Source: an uncultured Candidatus Saccharibacteria bacterium
GTDB taxonomy: Bacteria; Patescibacteriota; WWE3; UBA101185; UBA10185
NCBI GenBank assembly: GCA_964638225.1
Contig: CAZWYL010000001.1
Span: 29,342 to 72,741, forward strand
Length of the DNA: 43,400 bases
Reading direction: 5' to 3'
In this document: positions 7,603 through 16,616 of the stretch, piece after piece
Layout of the letters: each line of letters opens with the position of its first letter
Position numbering within the stretch: position 1 is the first letter of the stretch
Notes under the pieces: generated by a model
Told to the model about the DNA's origin: nothing
The model's database searches: none
What the model saw: the letters and a program-made list of their open reading frames with translations, nothing else
Translations under genes and position numbers: made by a program

Positions 7603-9114
7603 ATGGAAAGAAAAGTGCTGAATTTAACTCTAATAATCTTCCTAAGTTTATACACATCGTTCTTTTATACCCAAAAAATTAACCTCATTTCCGCTGATCT
7701 TGGAAGACATATTCAAAATGGCAAGACAATATCTCAAGAAAAAAAATTTATCTCTAAAAATCTCTACTCCTACACAGAACCCAATCGCGAAACTTTAAAC
7801 CATCATTGGGGAGCAGGTATCATCTTTCATGAAATCCATAAAATCGGAAATTTCAAGGGATTATCCTTATTCTACATTACTATTAATACAATAACCGCTC
7901 TGCTTATTTTCTGGGTTGCCAAAAAGGAAACGTCAATTAAGATGGCTTTTGTTTCTACAGTTCTATCTGTTCCCCTTATCGCTAGTAGAACAGAGATAAG
8001 ACCGGAGGGATTTAGCTACCTTTTCCTAGCTCTGATATTTTTCATCCTTCATAAATTTAGAAACCAGAAAATTAAGTTCAAACCTGCTCTTTTTCTCGTT
8101 ACAACAATTCATCTTATCTGGATAAATTTACATATATTTTTCATCTTTGGATTTTTTATAATCGGGGTTTTTTGGCTTGACGCTGTTATAAATAAGAAAT
8201 CAAAATCTTACCTAAAGCAATTAACCATAATTGGTCTATTAAGCATTCTTGTATCTATAATAAATCCTTATGGAATAAAAAGCTTAGTCGAGCCATTCTT
8301 AATTTTTAGAGAGTATGGATATATGCTCGCCGAAAATCAGTCAATATTTTTTATGCAAAAAAGGTTTCCAAAATTTTTATACATACATTATGAAATACTC
8401 TTACTAATTATTCCTGTAACTATTGTTCTTCTTATCAAAAATAGAAAATTTAAAAACGACTTCATATTTCTTCTTCCCTTGATTATTTTTCTAATATTAG
8501 GTTTTAGAATGATTAGACTTATTCCCTTAGCAGGAATTTTTCTAGTACCGGTTATCGCTAAGGGCCTTAATTCAACTGAGTCTAAAAAAACTGGACAGCT
8601 TATTTTCTTAAGTTCTCTGATACTTGCATTGACAGGCACATTCACTCAAAATTTTTATTATTCCCCATTTGACACGAACACAGGGATAGGTCTTCGCGAA
8701 AATACCAATCAATCCGCAAGATTCTTCAAACAAAATAATTTGAAAGGTCCAATTTTCAATAATTACGACATAGGTGGATATTTGATCTACCATCTCTATC
8801 CAGAACATAAAATTTTTGTAGATAACAGACCAGAAGCCTACAGTATAAATTTCTTTCAGGAGACCTATATAAAGATGCAAGAAGACGAAGAAAAATGGAT
8901 AGAGGAAGATAAAGAGAAAAACTTTCAAACTATATATTTCTATAGACACGATGCAACTCCTTGGGGTCAACCTTTTCTCATAGAAAGAATAAAAGATCCA
9001 GAGTGGGTACCCGTTTTTATAGATACTTATACAATTATCTTGGTCAAGGCCAATAAGCAAAACTTAAAAATAGTTGAAGAATACGAAATTCCAGAGGAAG
9101 TCTTTATTTATTAA
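7603..9114 (+). CDS. Large polytopic membrane protein with a C-terminal soluble domain, GT-C (ArnT/PMT-like) putative glycosyltransferase
   Basis: 503 aa with about 10-11 TM helices, then a soluble tail of about 150 aa (NNYDIGGYLIYHLYPEHKIFVDNRPEAY...WVPVFIDTYTIILVK). This pattern recurs in GT39-like bacterial membrane proteins. Confidence 0.6.
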   Translation: MERKVLNLTLIIFLSLYTSFFYTQKINLISADLGRHIQNGKTISQEKKFISKNLYSYTEPNRETLNHHWGAGIIFHEIHKIGNFKGLSLFYITINTITALLIFWVAKKETSIKMAFVSTVLSVPLIASRTEIRPEGFSYLFLALIFFILHKFRNQKIKFKPALFLVTTIHLIWINLHIFFIFGFFIIGVFWLDAVINKKSKSYLKQLTIIGLLSILVSIINPYGIKSLVEPFLIFREYGYMLAENQSIFFMQKRFPKFLYIHYEILLLIIPVTIVLLIKNRKFKNDFIFLLPLIIFLILGFRMIRLIPLAGIFLVPVIAKGLNSTESKKTGQLIFLSSLILALTGTFTQNFYYSPFDTNTGIGLRENTNQSARFFKQNNLKGPIFNNYDIGGYLIYHLYPEHKIFVDNRPEAYSINFFQETYIKMQEDEEKWIEEDKEKNFQTIYFYRHDATPWGQPFLIERIKDPEWVPVFIDTYTIILVKANKQNLKIVEEYEIPEEVFIY

Positions 9115-9164
9115 TTTATATCATAAGAAGAAGCCAAACTTCTGCTAAGATATAAAAGAGAAAT

Positions 9165-9953
9165 ATGCAACTGCCTAGAATCAGTAGAAAAAGCGAAAAA
9201 AGAAAACATCAACTTTATTTCATCTCTTTATACATCCTATTTGCTAACCTTATAGTATTAATTGCAAAACCTACCTATCTGGGTAATTTATTCATTGTTT
9301 ACGCAATACCAGCTGCAATAACTTTTTCTTGGCTGAAAACTGAGACCAAACAAAAAGTTTTGCTCTTTTCAATCATTTCTATTCTTCTTTTTGCTCCGCC
9401 TATAGAACTGATGGCAAGATTAGCAAACTCATGGGATGTACAAACAAGCTTCCCTAAAATACACGATATCTCTCCCATAGAAAATTTTCTTTACGCATTT
9501 ATCAATTTTATCTTTCCGCTCTCGTTTTATAAATATTTCACAGAACACAACAAGAAAAAACCCTTATCCGAAAATTGGAAAATTATGGTTATTTTATTGA
9601 GTGTCTTTTCTACGGTTGTTCACCTAACCTTTACAATAAACAAGAATTGGATAACCATGCATTATTGGCAAATAGCCGTAATATTCTTGGTAATTCCTGC
9701 GCTAATAATATTTACAAAAAACAAACACATAATCTACAAATCACTGCCTACAACCTTTTTCTTTGCCGGTGTCTTTTTTATCCATGAAATAGTCTCCCTC
9801 GAAGTAGGACACTGGTGGTGGCCTGGAGAATATCTACTTCCTATGACAGTAATGGGAAGAGTCTTTCCAGTAGACGATATAATAATTTGGTATTTCCTTT
9901 CAACTCCAGTACTTATTGGTGGATTCGAATTCTTCTTTGACGATTTTAAATAG
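9165..9953 (+). CDS. Membrane protein with two lycopene-cyclase-domain-like repeats (CrtYc/Yd-like), function unknown
   Basis: 262 aa with 7-8 TM helices. It has two copies of the P-x-(E/D)-(E/D/N)-x-x-x-(F/Y/W) type motif (SPIENFLYAF and FPVDDIIIWYF). Confidence 0.45.
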   Translation: MQLPRISRKSEKRKHQLYFISLYILFANLIVLIAKPTYLGNLFIVYAIPAAITFSWLKTETKQKVLLFSIISILLFAPPIELMARLANSWDVQTSFPKIHDISPIENFLYAFINFIFPLSFYKYFTEHNKKKPLSENWKIMVILLSVFSTVVHLTFTINKNWITMHYWQIAVIFLVIPALIIFTKNKHIIYKSLPTTFFFAGVFFIHEIVSLEVGHWWWPGEYLLPMTVMGRVFPVDDIIIWYFLSTPVLIGGFEFFFDDFK

Positions 9954-9954
9954 A

Positions 9955-10635
9955 CTACTTCTCAAAGACTATAGAATCGGCAGAAGCGCCCAATTCATCT
10001 AAATAACCTTTAATATCCTTCACAAAGCTAGGAGGCCCGCATACATAGAAATTCTGAGAAAAGTCTCTTATATTCTCTGAAAGATATTCTTTGTCTATAA
10101 AGGCTCTTTCATACCCGTGGCAGACATCCCTAGGAGTATCAGTTAGAATAAAAGTTACTCGATCACCAAAATAGCCAAGAAATTCCTTTTCTAGAATAAT
10201 GTCCTGCTGCTTCTTGTTGGAAAAGATTAATCTATTACCCTCTAACTCATCTTTTTGCTTCAAATCCCTGAATATCGCTATAAAAGGGGTAATTCCAGCA
10301 CCGCCAGCTATAAAAGTACCTTTACCTTTGTAATTTATTGTTCCCCAAGGCTTGCCTAGAATCAATTCGTCTCCCGCATCAAGTTTGTGTAATTGCTGGG
10401 TGACCCCGTTGTGGGAGGGATAAGACTTAATTGTAAACTCTAAGACTAATTCCTCATTCAGATTAGTGAAGGTAAAAGGCCTCTTTTTCTCCCGCCACTC
10501 TTTCTTTTTTATAGAAACTTCAGTCGCCTGTCCGGGAACAAACTCGTAACCCAAGGGCTTTTCCAAAACAAAACGTTTAACATCATGCGTAACAAACTCG
10601 GTCATTAAAATTTTTACTTCAGTAGTACTTTTCAT
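9955..10635 (-). CDS. FAD/NAD(P)-binding oxidoreductase, ferredoxin-NADP reductase-like family
   Basis: RPFTF (RxYS-type FAD motif), GGAGITPF (GGxGxxP NAD(P) motif) and C-terminal FYVCGPPSF. Confidence 0.8.
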   Translation of the reverse strand: MKSTTEVKILMTEFVTHDVKRFVLEKPLGYEFVPGQATEVSIKKKEWREKKRPFTFTNLNEELVLEFTIKSYPSHNGVTQQLHKLDAGDELILGKPWGTINYKGKGTFIAGGAGITPFIAIFRDLKQKDELEGNRLIFSNKKQQDIILEKEFLGYFGDRVTFILTDTPRDVCHGYERAFIDKEYLSENIRDFSQNFYVCGPPSFVKDIKGYLDELGASADSIVFEK

Positions 10636-10644
10636 ATTATCTTT

Positions 10645-10653
10645 TGATATAAT
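10645..10653 (+). promoter_or_regulatory. Extended -10 element TGATATAAT (candidate distal promoter of the 10756 gene)
   Basis: Exact copy of the element found at 7588 and 14280. A second TATAAT (10741-10746) lies 9 nt before the ATG at 10756. Confidence 0.35.
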
Positions 10654-10755
10654 CCCAACGCTAGCTTTAAATAACTTAGATACATTAATTATATAACACG
10701 AAATGAAATCTTAAAATTAGAAAAATATCCTATAATACTTTATAATTAGTCAAAC

Positions 10756-12717
10756 ATGAAAGGCGTAATTTACCTTAACCAAGACAATCCAAAAGATAAA
10801 GCAAAACCAGATGTGGAAGGTGTTGAGAATAACTTAACTGACATCAAAGGAAAAAGAAACATTGACTTAAAAAAAGACTTCTCAAACTCCCAACAAGCTG
10901 AGGCAAAAAAGCCAAAAATAGAAAATAAAGAGAACTCCACTCCGAAAGCTAAAATTAAATATCAACCTGAGAAAGAGGCTTCGCTGCCAAAAAGTACTGT
11001 AAGAAGAAATCCGCTCACTAAGACTCCCGGTGAAAAAACAAAAGAAGAGTCCGCAGATGAAAAGAAAATTGAGCCAAAAAGGGACAAAATCTTCACTGAT
11101 ACAATGGAAGATTTTATTCAAGACTATAAATCCATCTTAAGAGAAGAAAAGTCAACGCCTGAAGATCCCATATATGTGGATGAGATAGCAACAAAAATTG
11201 CCAAAATCTATGAACGTCTTCGCCGAGTCATTGACTGGAAAGAAGAACACTTGGTAAGAAGGACTTCTATAGAAAGGATCTTAAAAAGAAGATTAATATC
11301 GGAAATTTCTGAAACAATAATCCTTCCCGATGTAAAAGCAGAAAACATTGCAAAACCAATTACCTTGGAAATTATTAGGACGGGTTATTTTGAAAATGGG
11401 AAAATTCCGGAAAACAAAATAGACGTAATAAAAAAAATACTCGATAAATATATTTATATTCTAAAAAATAGTCCGTACGCACGGGAGAGTGCCCTAGCAA
11501 TAAAGACAAAAGTACAGTTTTACAATTGGATACTTGAAATAGCGGCCTGTGAAATAGAGGAAACCCTAGACTACCCCCAAAGAGAAAATTATCTAATAGA
11601 ATTTATGACAAATACTATGTACGAAAGAATACGCCTGGTTCCTGAAGATCAATTTGATGAAGAAGATAAGTACATACAAATTTACATAGCTGTTCACAAA
11701 AGCTTGTACCAATTAGATAATCCCGTAATAAACTACCATGTTTTAAATAAGCGTTACCCACTTTACACAGAGAACGACAAAAAATTCATTGAAGAATTTA
11801 CAAAAAATATCGAGAAAATTTGGAAAGACTTAGAAAAAGATTTAAACCATCCAAAAAGAGGGGAATTTCTCCAAATCTGCAAAAAATATGATGCTGCTTA
11901 CTTGTTAATTGGAGATCTAATTAAAAAAATGGAAGAAAAAAATGGGGACACCTTAGAAGAATCATTCAAAAATAAAAAAAGCGTGCTAAATACAGTAGAG
12001 GAAATCTATAACAAAAGATTAGAAACTTTAAAGGGAAGGTTATTTAGAAGTGCATTTTACTCTACTCTGTCTATATTTGTCGCGGGAGCTGTAAGCTTAT
12101 TTATATTTGAATATCCTGTTGCCAAATTTTTCTATGGAGAATTTTCGCCCTTAGCAGTGATAGCAGATATAGGTATCCCCACGGCTCTAATGTTTTTTCT
12201 AGTAAGTATCATCCGCCCTCCCGCAGAAGATAACCTAGAAAGAGCCAAAGAAGAAATTGAGAAGATTATTTATGGAAATAGCAACAGGCAATTTTACACA
12301 ATAAAATTAAATAAAAAAATCAAAAAGTTTCAAAATTTTGTCTTTACTTCTCTTTACCTGTTGGGAGGCGCAGCTTCACTATATTTAATATACTTAGCTT
12401 TTAAAGTAGCGGGAGTACCTCTAACGTCCTTATATATTGACGTAGTAAATGTGGCCGTTGTGGTTTTCGCGGCAACAGCAGTAAGGGAAAAATCCAAAGA
12501 AATAACCATTAAAGAAAGAACTAGTATTTTGGAGTTTTTCTTAGATTTCTTTTCAGTACCCTTAGCAAAAATCGGAAGTTGGCTCGCGTCTAAATGGAAA
12601 GAGTTTAATTTTGTGAGTGTCTTCTTTTCCACGTTAGTTGATACACCTTTTTCCACATTCATAGAATTTTTGGAAGGCTGGAGAAACTTTATTAAAGAAA
12701 AAAGAACTAGACTATAA
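10756..12717 (+). CDS. Hypothetical 653-aa protein: K-rich disordered N-terminus, helical middle, multi-TM C-terminus
   Basis: Long uninterrupted ORF with about 5 hydrophobic helices between aa 440 and 640. No catalytic motif recognised. Confidence 0.65.
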   Translation: MKGVIYLNQDNPKDKAKPDVEGVENNLTDIKGKRNIDLKKDFSNSQQAEAKKPKIENKENSTPKAKIKYQPEKEASLPKSTVRRNPLTKTPGEKTKEESADEKKIEPKRDKIFTDTMEDFIQDYKSILREEKSTPEDPIYVDEIATKIAKIYERLRRVIDWKEEHLVRRTSIERILKRRLISEISETIILPDVKAENIAKPITLEIIRTGYFENGKIPENKIDVIKKILDKYIYILKNSPYARESALAIKTKVQFYNWILEIAACEIEETLDYPQRENYLIEFMTNTMYERIRLVPEDQFDEEDKYIQIYIAVHKSLYQLDNPVINYHVLNKRYPLYTENDKKFIEEFTKNIEKIWKDLEKDLNHPKRGEFLQICKKYDAAYLLIGDLIKKMEEKNGDTLEESFKNKKSVLNTVEEIYNKRLETLKGRLFRSAFYSTLSIFVAGAVSLFIFEYPVAKFFYGEFSPLAVIADIGIPTALMFFLVSIIRPPAEDNLERAKEEIEKIIYGNSNRQFYTIKLNKKIKKFQNFVFTSLYLLGGAASLYLIYLAFKVAGVPLTSLYIDVVNVAVVVFAATAVREKSKEITIKERTSILEFFLDFFSVPLAKIGSWLASKWKEFNFVSVFFSTLVDTPFSTFIEFLEGWRNFIKEKRTRL

Positions 12718-12759
12718 ATTTCCTCCTCAAAATTTAATCTAATGTTAATAGTTATTTTG

Positions 12760-12765
12760 TAAAAT
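12760..12765 (+). promoter_or_regulatory. -10 box TAAAAT, 7 nt upstream of the ATG at 12773 (leaderless arrangement)
   Basis: TAAAAT-agttacc-ATG. Confidence 0.35.
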
Positions 12766-12772
12766 AGTTACC

Positions 12773-13183
12773 ATGCCCAAAAGAGTAAGATTCCTTGCTA
12801 TAGTACCGGAAACTAAAGGCGAAGATGTGCAATTTAAAGCCTACTTTCTTTGCAAAACCACACGGCAATTAATTTCTATCCAGGTTAATCCGCAGGTAGT
12901 AGACTTTATTTTAGAAAAGAAAAGCAGAAAGAATGCAATTTTCATTAAATTTTTCGACAGCCTTGAAATATGCAAAATAGTTGTAAAAAAGAACGAAGCA
13001 AAAAAGTTTGTAGCTATTTTAAAACTTAAAAGCAGGTTCTTATCTAAAGAAATAATTACCTCATTTCACTTAGGCTTTATAGTTTCTCAGTTACTAAAAA
13101 TACCTATAGAGGTAGAAGAGAAAACAATGAAGCAAGGGGGAATTCATATCACTCCCGAATTATTAAAAGCCTCTTTAACGTAG
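12773..13183 (+). CDS. Hypothetical 136-aa protein (faint DUF151/bifunctional-nuclease-like pattern without the catalytic signature)
   Basis: ORF with a plausible promoter. The secondary-structure-like pattern is loosely collinear with DUF151, but the RPSDA-type motif is absent. Confidence 0.45.
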   Translation: MPKRVRFLAIVPETKGEDVQFKAYFLCKTTRQLISIQVNPQVVDFILEKKSRKNAIFIKFFDSLEICKIVVKKNEAKKFVAILKLKSRFLSKEIITSFHLGFIVSQLLKIPIEVEEKTMKQGGIHITPELLKASLT

Positions 13184-14254
13184 ATAAAGATTGATATTTC
13201 TCTCATGCTCCTCAAAAGTTTCAGCAAAATGGATAGTGCCATCTTCCTCATTGAGGTAATAAGTATAGGGAGTCTCTTTATTATTTAAAACAGCATTTAC
13301 AGCAGATATACTTACACTGGAAATTGGATGCGGGGGGAGCCCAACGTACTTCCTAGTATTATAATCAGATTCATAATCAAGTTCTTCCTGAGTTATCGTA
13401 TAAGGCCACCAATCAATTTCCTCCGCAAGTTCTCGTTCAGGGCAAACGGACAAAGAGAAAGTTTTCAAATCACAACCTGCTCTCAAAAGAGAAGCAAAAT
13501 ATTGAACAGTGGCATCTGCTCCTAAAGGCATATCTTCTTTATAACGTTTCACTAATATCCCAGCAACTAAAGGACGATCGTAAGGATCCGCAACCTCACG
13601 TTCTACTATAGAAGCAAGAATAATCACCTCTTCCTCGTCTAAATCTACACCACTCAAGGCCTCCTCTGTTAAAACTGGGAAAATTTTATCTTCAAATGTA
13701 TCCTTCAAAACTTCTATCAAATCCTCTGTAGATGTGTCTTTAGGGAGAATATAAGTGTCCGGAAAAAGATATCCCTCATCCTCGAACCCTTCTCGGACAA
13801 AGTCATCGTAATTAATTTCATCGAAAGCATCCGCAGCCTTTAATGCGAATTGCTCCACTCTCCATCCCTCTAAAAAAGTAACCTTCTCATCATTAACACC
13901 ATGCTGCAAAATATTGGCAAGTTCCTTTACGGAAGTACCTGCCGGTATTGTATAAACTCCAGCCTGAACATTTTTCTCCAATCTATTAAATAACACGTAA
14001 GCTTTAAATAAAGCTTTAGAATTAATAACATCCTCTTTATAAAGCTCATCAGCTATCTGTGAAACTCCCCACCCGGATTTAATCTCAACAGTCTTCTCAT
14101 CAAAAACTTGCGCGGGTCTACGTATAGCAAAGTCAACATAAAAATAGAAAAGCACCGGAAGCACAACTAATAAAAGCAAAGAAAAAATTACAAGAAGTTT
14201 CTTTTTGTCGGCGTCCAAAGTATGATACTTTTCGGACTCTAAATTTTCTGTCAT
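13175..14254 (-). CDS. mltG: Endolytic murein transglycosylase MltG (YceG-like)
   Basis: N-terminal TM, then TFLEGWRVEQFA, ILASIVEREVA and YNTRKYVGLPPHPISSVS (YceG signatures). I prefer the ATG at 14254 over the GTG at 14272 because of the promoter spacing. Confidence 0.85.
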   Translation of the reverse strand: MTENLESEKYHTLDADKKKLLVIFSLLLLVVLPVLFYFYVDFAIRRPAQVFDEKTVEIKSGWGVSQIADELYKEDVINSKALFKAYVLFNRLEKNVQAGVYTIPAGTSVKELANILQHGVNDEKVTFLEGWRVEQFALKAADAFDEINYDDFVREGFEDEGYLFPDTYILPKDTSTEDLIEVLKDTFEDKIFPVLTEEALSGVDLDEEEVIILASIVEREVADPYDRPLVAGILVKRYKEDMPLGADATVQYFASLLRAGCDLKTFSLSVCPERELAEEIDWWPYTITQEELDYESDYNTRKYVGLPPHPISSVSISAVNAVLNNKETPYTYYLNEEDGTIHFAETFEEHERNINLYLR

Positions 14255-14260
14255 GGAGCT

Positions 14261-14269
14261 ATGATAGCA
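14261..14269 (-). promoter_or_regulatory. Extended -10 promoter (TGcTATCAT) 6 nt upstream of the mltG ATG
   Basis: The reverse complement reads TGCTATCAT-agctcc-ATG. Confidence 0.45.
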
Positions 14270-14279
14270 CACAATTAAA

Positions 14280-14288
14280 TGATATAAT
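14280..14288 (+). promoter_or_regulatory. Extended -10 promoter (TGaTATAAT) for RNase P RNA
   Basis: It ends 7 nt before the first nucleotide of the P1 helix (14296). Confidence 0.5.
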
Positions 14289-14295
14289 GTGTATT

Positions 14296-14645
14296 GCAGG
14301 AAGCCAGAGAATCGCTCTATTCATTTGAAATAGAGAGGAAAGTCCGGACTGCATAGGGTAAGGGGTTGGAAGGCAACTTCCGACGTATAACACATAAACG
14401 CTGGTGTTTCTTCTTGGAAACGAGAAGAAGACAGAAGGTGAATAAACACCTTCTGAGAGCAACAGAGACGAACTGTTTCCTAAGTCTTAGGATAGGGAAA
14501 TAGAATGAAACGGGCAATCCCACCCGCAGCAATCCACGAATTCACCGTAAAGTCGACCCGACAAGCTATTTTGTAGCACGGTGTAAAGATGGAGCGTCAA
14601 GATAGATGATTCACTAAAACAGAATCCGGCTTATAGGCTTCCTGC
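14296..14645 (+). ncRNA. rnpB: RNase P RNA, bacterial type A
   Basis: P1 pairing GCAGGAAGCC(14296-14305)/GGCTTCCTGC(14636-14645). The universally conserved P4 strands GAGGAAAGTCCGG (about 14335-14347) and ACAGAATCCGGCTTA (about 14619-14633) are both present. The region is GC-enriched. ORFs 14259-14462 and 14317-14532 are artefacts. Confidence 0.9.
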
Positions 14646-14647
14646 AT

Positions 14648-14669
14648 AAAGATTCTTCTGGGGATCTTT
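14648..14669. terminator. Weak hairpin AAAGAT-N10-ATCTTT between the rnpB 3' end and the AI-2E gene stop (possible bidirectional terminator)
   Basis: 6-bp AU-rich stem immediately after rnpB. The alternative pairing GATCTTT(14663-14669)/AAAGATC(14686-14692) is also possible. Confidence 0.3.
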
Positions 14670-14691
14670 ATAGCTATAGCTAGACAAAGAT

Positions 14692-15696
14692 CTATTCACG
14701 AACAGAGGAATATCCAATAAAATGATCAAACAAAATTCCCAAAATCATAGTTATGGGGACTGCCAAAATTGCCCCTACAATTCCAAAAAATTCCGCTCCA
14801 ATAAGCAATGCGATTAGAATTACAAGTGGGCTAAAGCCCGAAACCTTTTGCATAATCTTAGGAGTTAAGAAATTCCCTTCTATTTGCTGAACAATAATGG
14901 AAACGCCTAAAGCCAAGAAACCCTTTAATGGAGAGTGAGCAAAACCAACCGCCGTGGCTATTACTGCAGTGAATACCGGGCCTAAGATAGGTACTATCTC
15001 TAGAACCCCTCCAACAAAACCTAAAGCTAAAGAATAATTCATTCCTACAACAGAGTAACCAATATAACCGAGAAAACCCACAACTAACATAGTGGTAACT
15101 TGCCCCTTAACCCAAGCACCTATCTTCACTTCAATTTTTTCAAAAATCTCCTCCACATCTTTTCGTACTTTCTTTCTAAATAAAGCAAAGAAACGTGCTT
15201 TTATGTTGTACCAATCCAAAGATAAATAAACAGAAATAACTATTAAAGTTAAAAAGCTGGAAACCATAGAGACAGAGTTAAGCAAAACTTTTGAGATATT
15301 TCCCTGTTTAGTAAATTCACTCAAAACATCCAAAAAACTCAACGACTCAAAAAGATTCTGCCCATTTATTTCAAAGTTAACCAAAAAATGGGAAAAATTA
15401 TCTACAAGATTTTGAGATTGCGAAACTACCAAAGGTACGGCGGTGGTAAAGGCCAATATGATAACTAACAAAAAGGACGCGTAAACCAAAATAACCGCAA
15501 CATTTCGAGGCATGGGCTTATTCATTAGGGTAAATTTGGAAAAATATTCAACGGCTCCCTCTAAGGAAATAACCAATATTAACGCTAAAAATAGAATCGA
15601 CAAAATACCTCTTAACTCATAAGTCACATATAATCCGAGAAGAATAGCTAAGGTTATGAGGACTGTTTTCACTGAAACGATGACTTCTTTGTTCAT
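14692..15696 (-). CDS. AI-2E family transporter (PerM/UPF0118)
   Basis: 334 aa with 7-8 TM helices and the characteristic C-terminal half ...GGVLEIVPILGPVFTAVIA...FLTPKIM.... A 4-nt overlap with miaA. Confidence 0.8.
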   Translation of the reverse strand: MNKEVIVSVKTVLITLAILLGLYVTYELRGILSILFLALILVISLEGAVEYFSKFTLMNKPMPRNVAVILVYASFLLVIILAFTTAVPLVVSQSQNLVDNFSHFLVNFEINGQNLFESLSFLDVLSEFTKQGNISKVLLNSVSMVSSFLTLIVISVYLSLDWYNIKARFFALFRKKVRKDVEEIFEKIEVKIGAWVKGQVTTMLVVGFLGYIGYSVVGMNYSLALGFVGGVLEIVPILGPVFTAVIATAVGFAHSPLKGFLALGVSIIVQQIEGNFLTPKIMQKVSGFSPLVILIALLIGAEFFGIVGAILAVPITMILGILFDHFIGYSSVRE

Positions 15697-16616
15697 GGGT
15701 TAGGGCCTTTAAAATTATTATAAAGGGTTTTAAACAAATTGTCTTGTGTTATATTAAACCACTCGATTTCAGAGTTTCTGTTGAAATAAGTTTGCTGCCT
15801 TCTCACGTACGCGTGCAAATTATACTGTGTCCTTTGAATAGACTCTTCGCGGGATCTTTTACCTTGATAAAACTCGCAAGCACTTTTATATACCAGATCG
15901 GATAGTTTTGGAGAGTTTTCAAAGCCTAAAGAAATAAGGTTTTTTACTTCTTCAATAATTAAATTGTCATGCCAAATTTCTTCAACCCAATTGTCAACAC
16001 GATTGTATAAGTAATCACGATCAGCAGTTAAACCCAGAAAAACAAAGTCTACATTATTTAAATAGGGGAGTGGGGTAGGGGATTGATCACTTTTTTCTCT
16101 CTCTAAAGCACGCACTAAACGATATTTATTATGAAAATCAGATCTATTTAATTCTATATTTAACGACGTTACCTCTTTCTGTAATTCATCCAAAGACTTG
16201 CTCTCCAATCTTTTTCTAAGCTCGAAATCAGGAGGCCCTGACAAATTTTTGATTCTTCGTGTAAAAAAATCTATGTATAAACCGGTCCCTCCTGCAACTA
16301 CAGGAAGAACACCTGCCTCTCTTAACTCGGAAGCCTTCTCTAGGGAGAATTTAGCAAAATCATAAACAGAAAAGTACTCATTCGGCTTTACAACATCGTA
16401 TCCCCATATTTTAACGCCATCTAGAATCCAAAAATTATCAAACTTTTCGTAGCTTATTTTCTTATTTACAGGGATTTTTCCAGTTCCCACATCCATGTAC
16501 TTATAAATTTGTCTTGAATCAGCCGAAATAACTTCACCACCTAGATCCTCGCAAAATTTAAGCGCTAAACTTGTCTTTCCCGAAGATGTAGGTCCCACAA
16601 TTACAGGAATCTTCAT
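15693..16616 (-). CDS. miaA: tRNA dimethylallyltransferase MiaA
   Basis: MKIPVIVGPTSSGKTSLAL (P-loop) and ISADSRQIYKYMDVGTGK. The ATG at 16616 forms an ATGA overlap with the miaB stop, so I prefer it over 16637. Confidence 0.9.
   Translation of the reverse strand: MKIPVIVGPTSSGKTSLALKFCEDLGGEVISADSRQIYKYMDVGTGKIPVNKKISYEKFDNFWILDGVKIWGYDVVKPNEYFSVYDFAKFSLEKASELREAGVLPVVAGGTGLYIDFFTRRIKNLSGPPDFELRKRLESKSLDELQKEVTSLNIELNRSDFHNKYRLVRALEREKSDQSPTPLPYLNNVDFVFLGLTADRDYLYNRVDNWVEEIWHDNLIIEEVKNLISLGFENSPKLSDLVYKSACEFYQGKRSREESIQRTQYNLHAYVRRQQTYFNRNSEIEWFNITQDNLFKTLYNNFKGPNP

Noticed and set aside
14259-14532. Two minus-strand ORFs (67 and 71 aa) in the track
   Set aside because: They lie entirely inside the RNase P RNA gene, which has conserved P4 strands and P1 pairing. 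They are artefacts of a GC-rich structured RNA.
16613-16615. Alternative genetic code (UGA reassigned, as in some CPR lineages)
   Set aside because: TGA is used as a functional stop, for example at the miaB/miaA ATGA overlap and at the FtsA-like/516-aa overlap at 21008-21011. All conserved genes are full-length under code 11.
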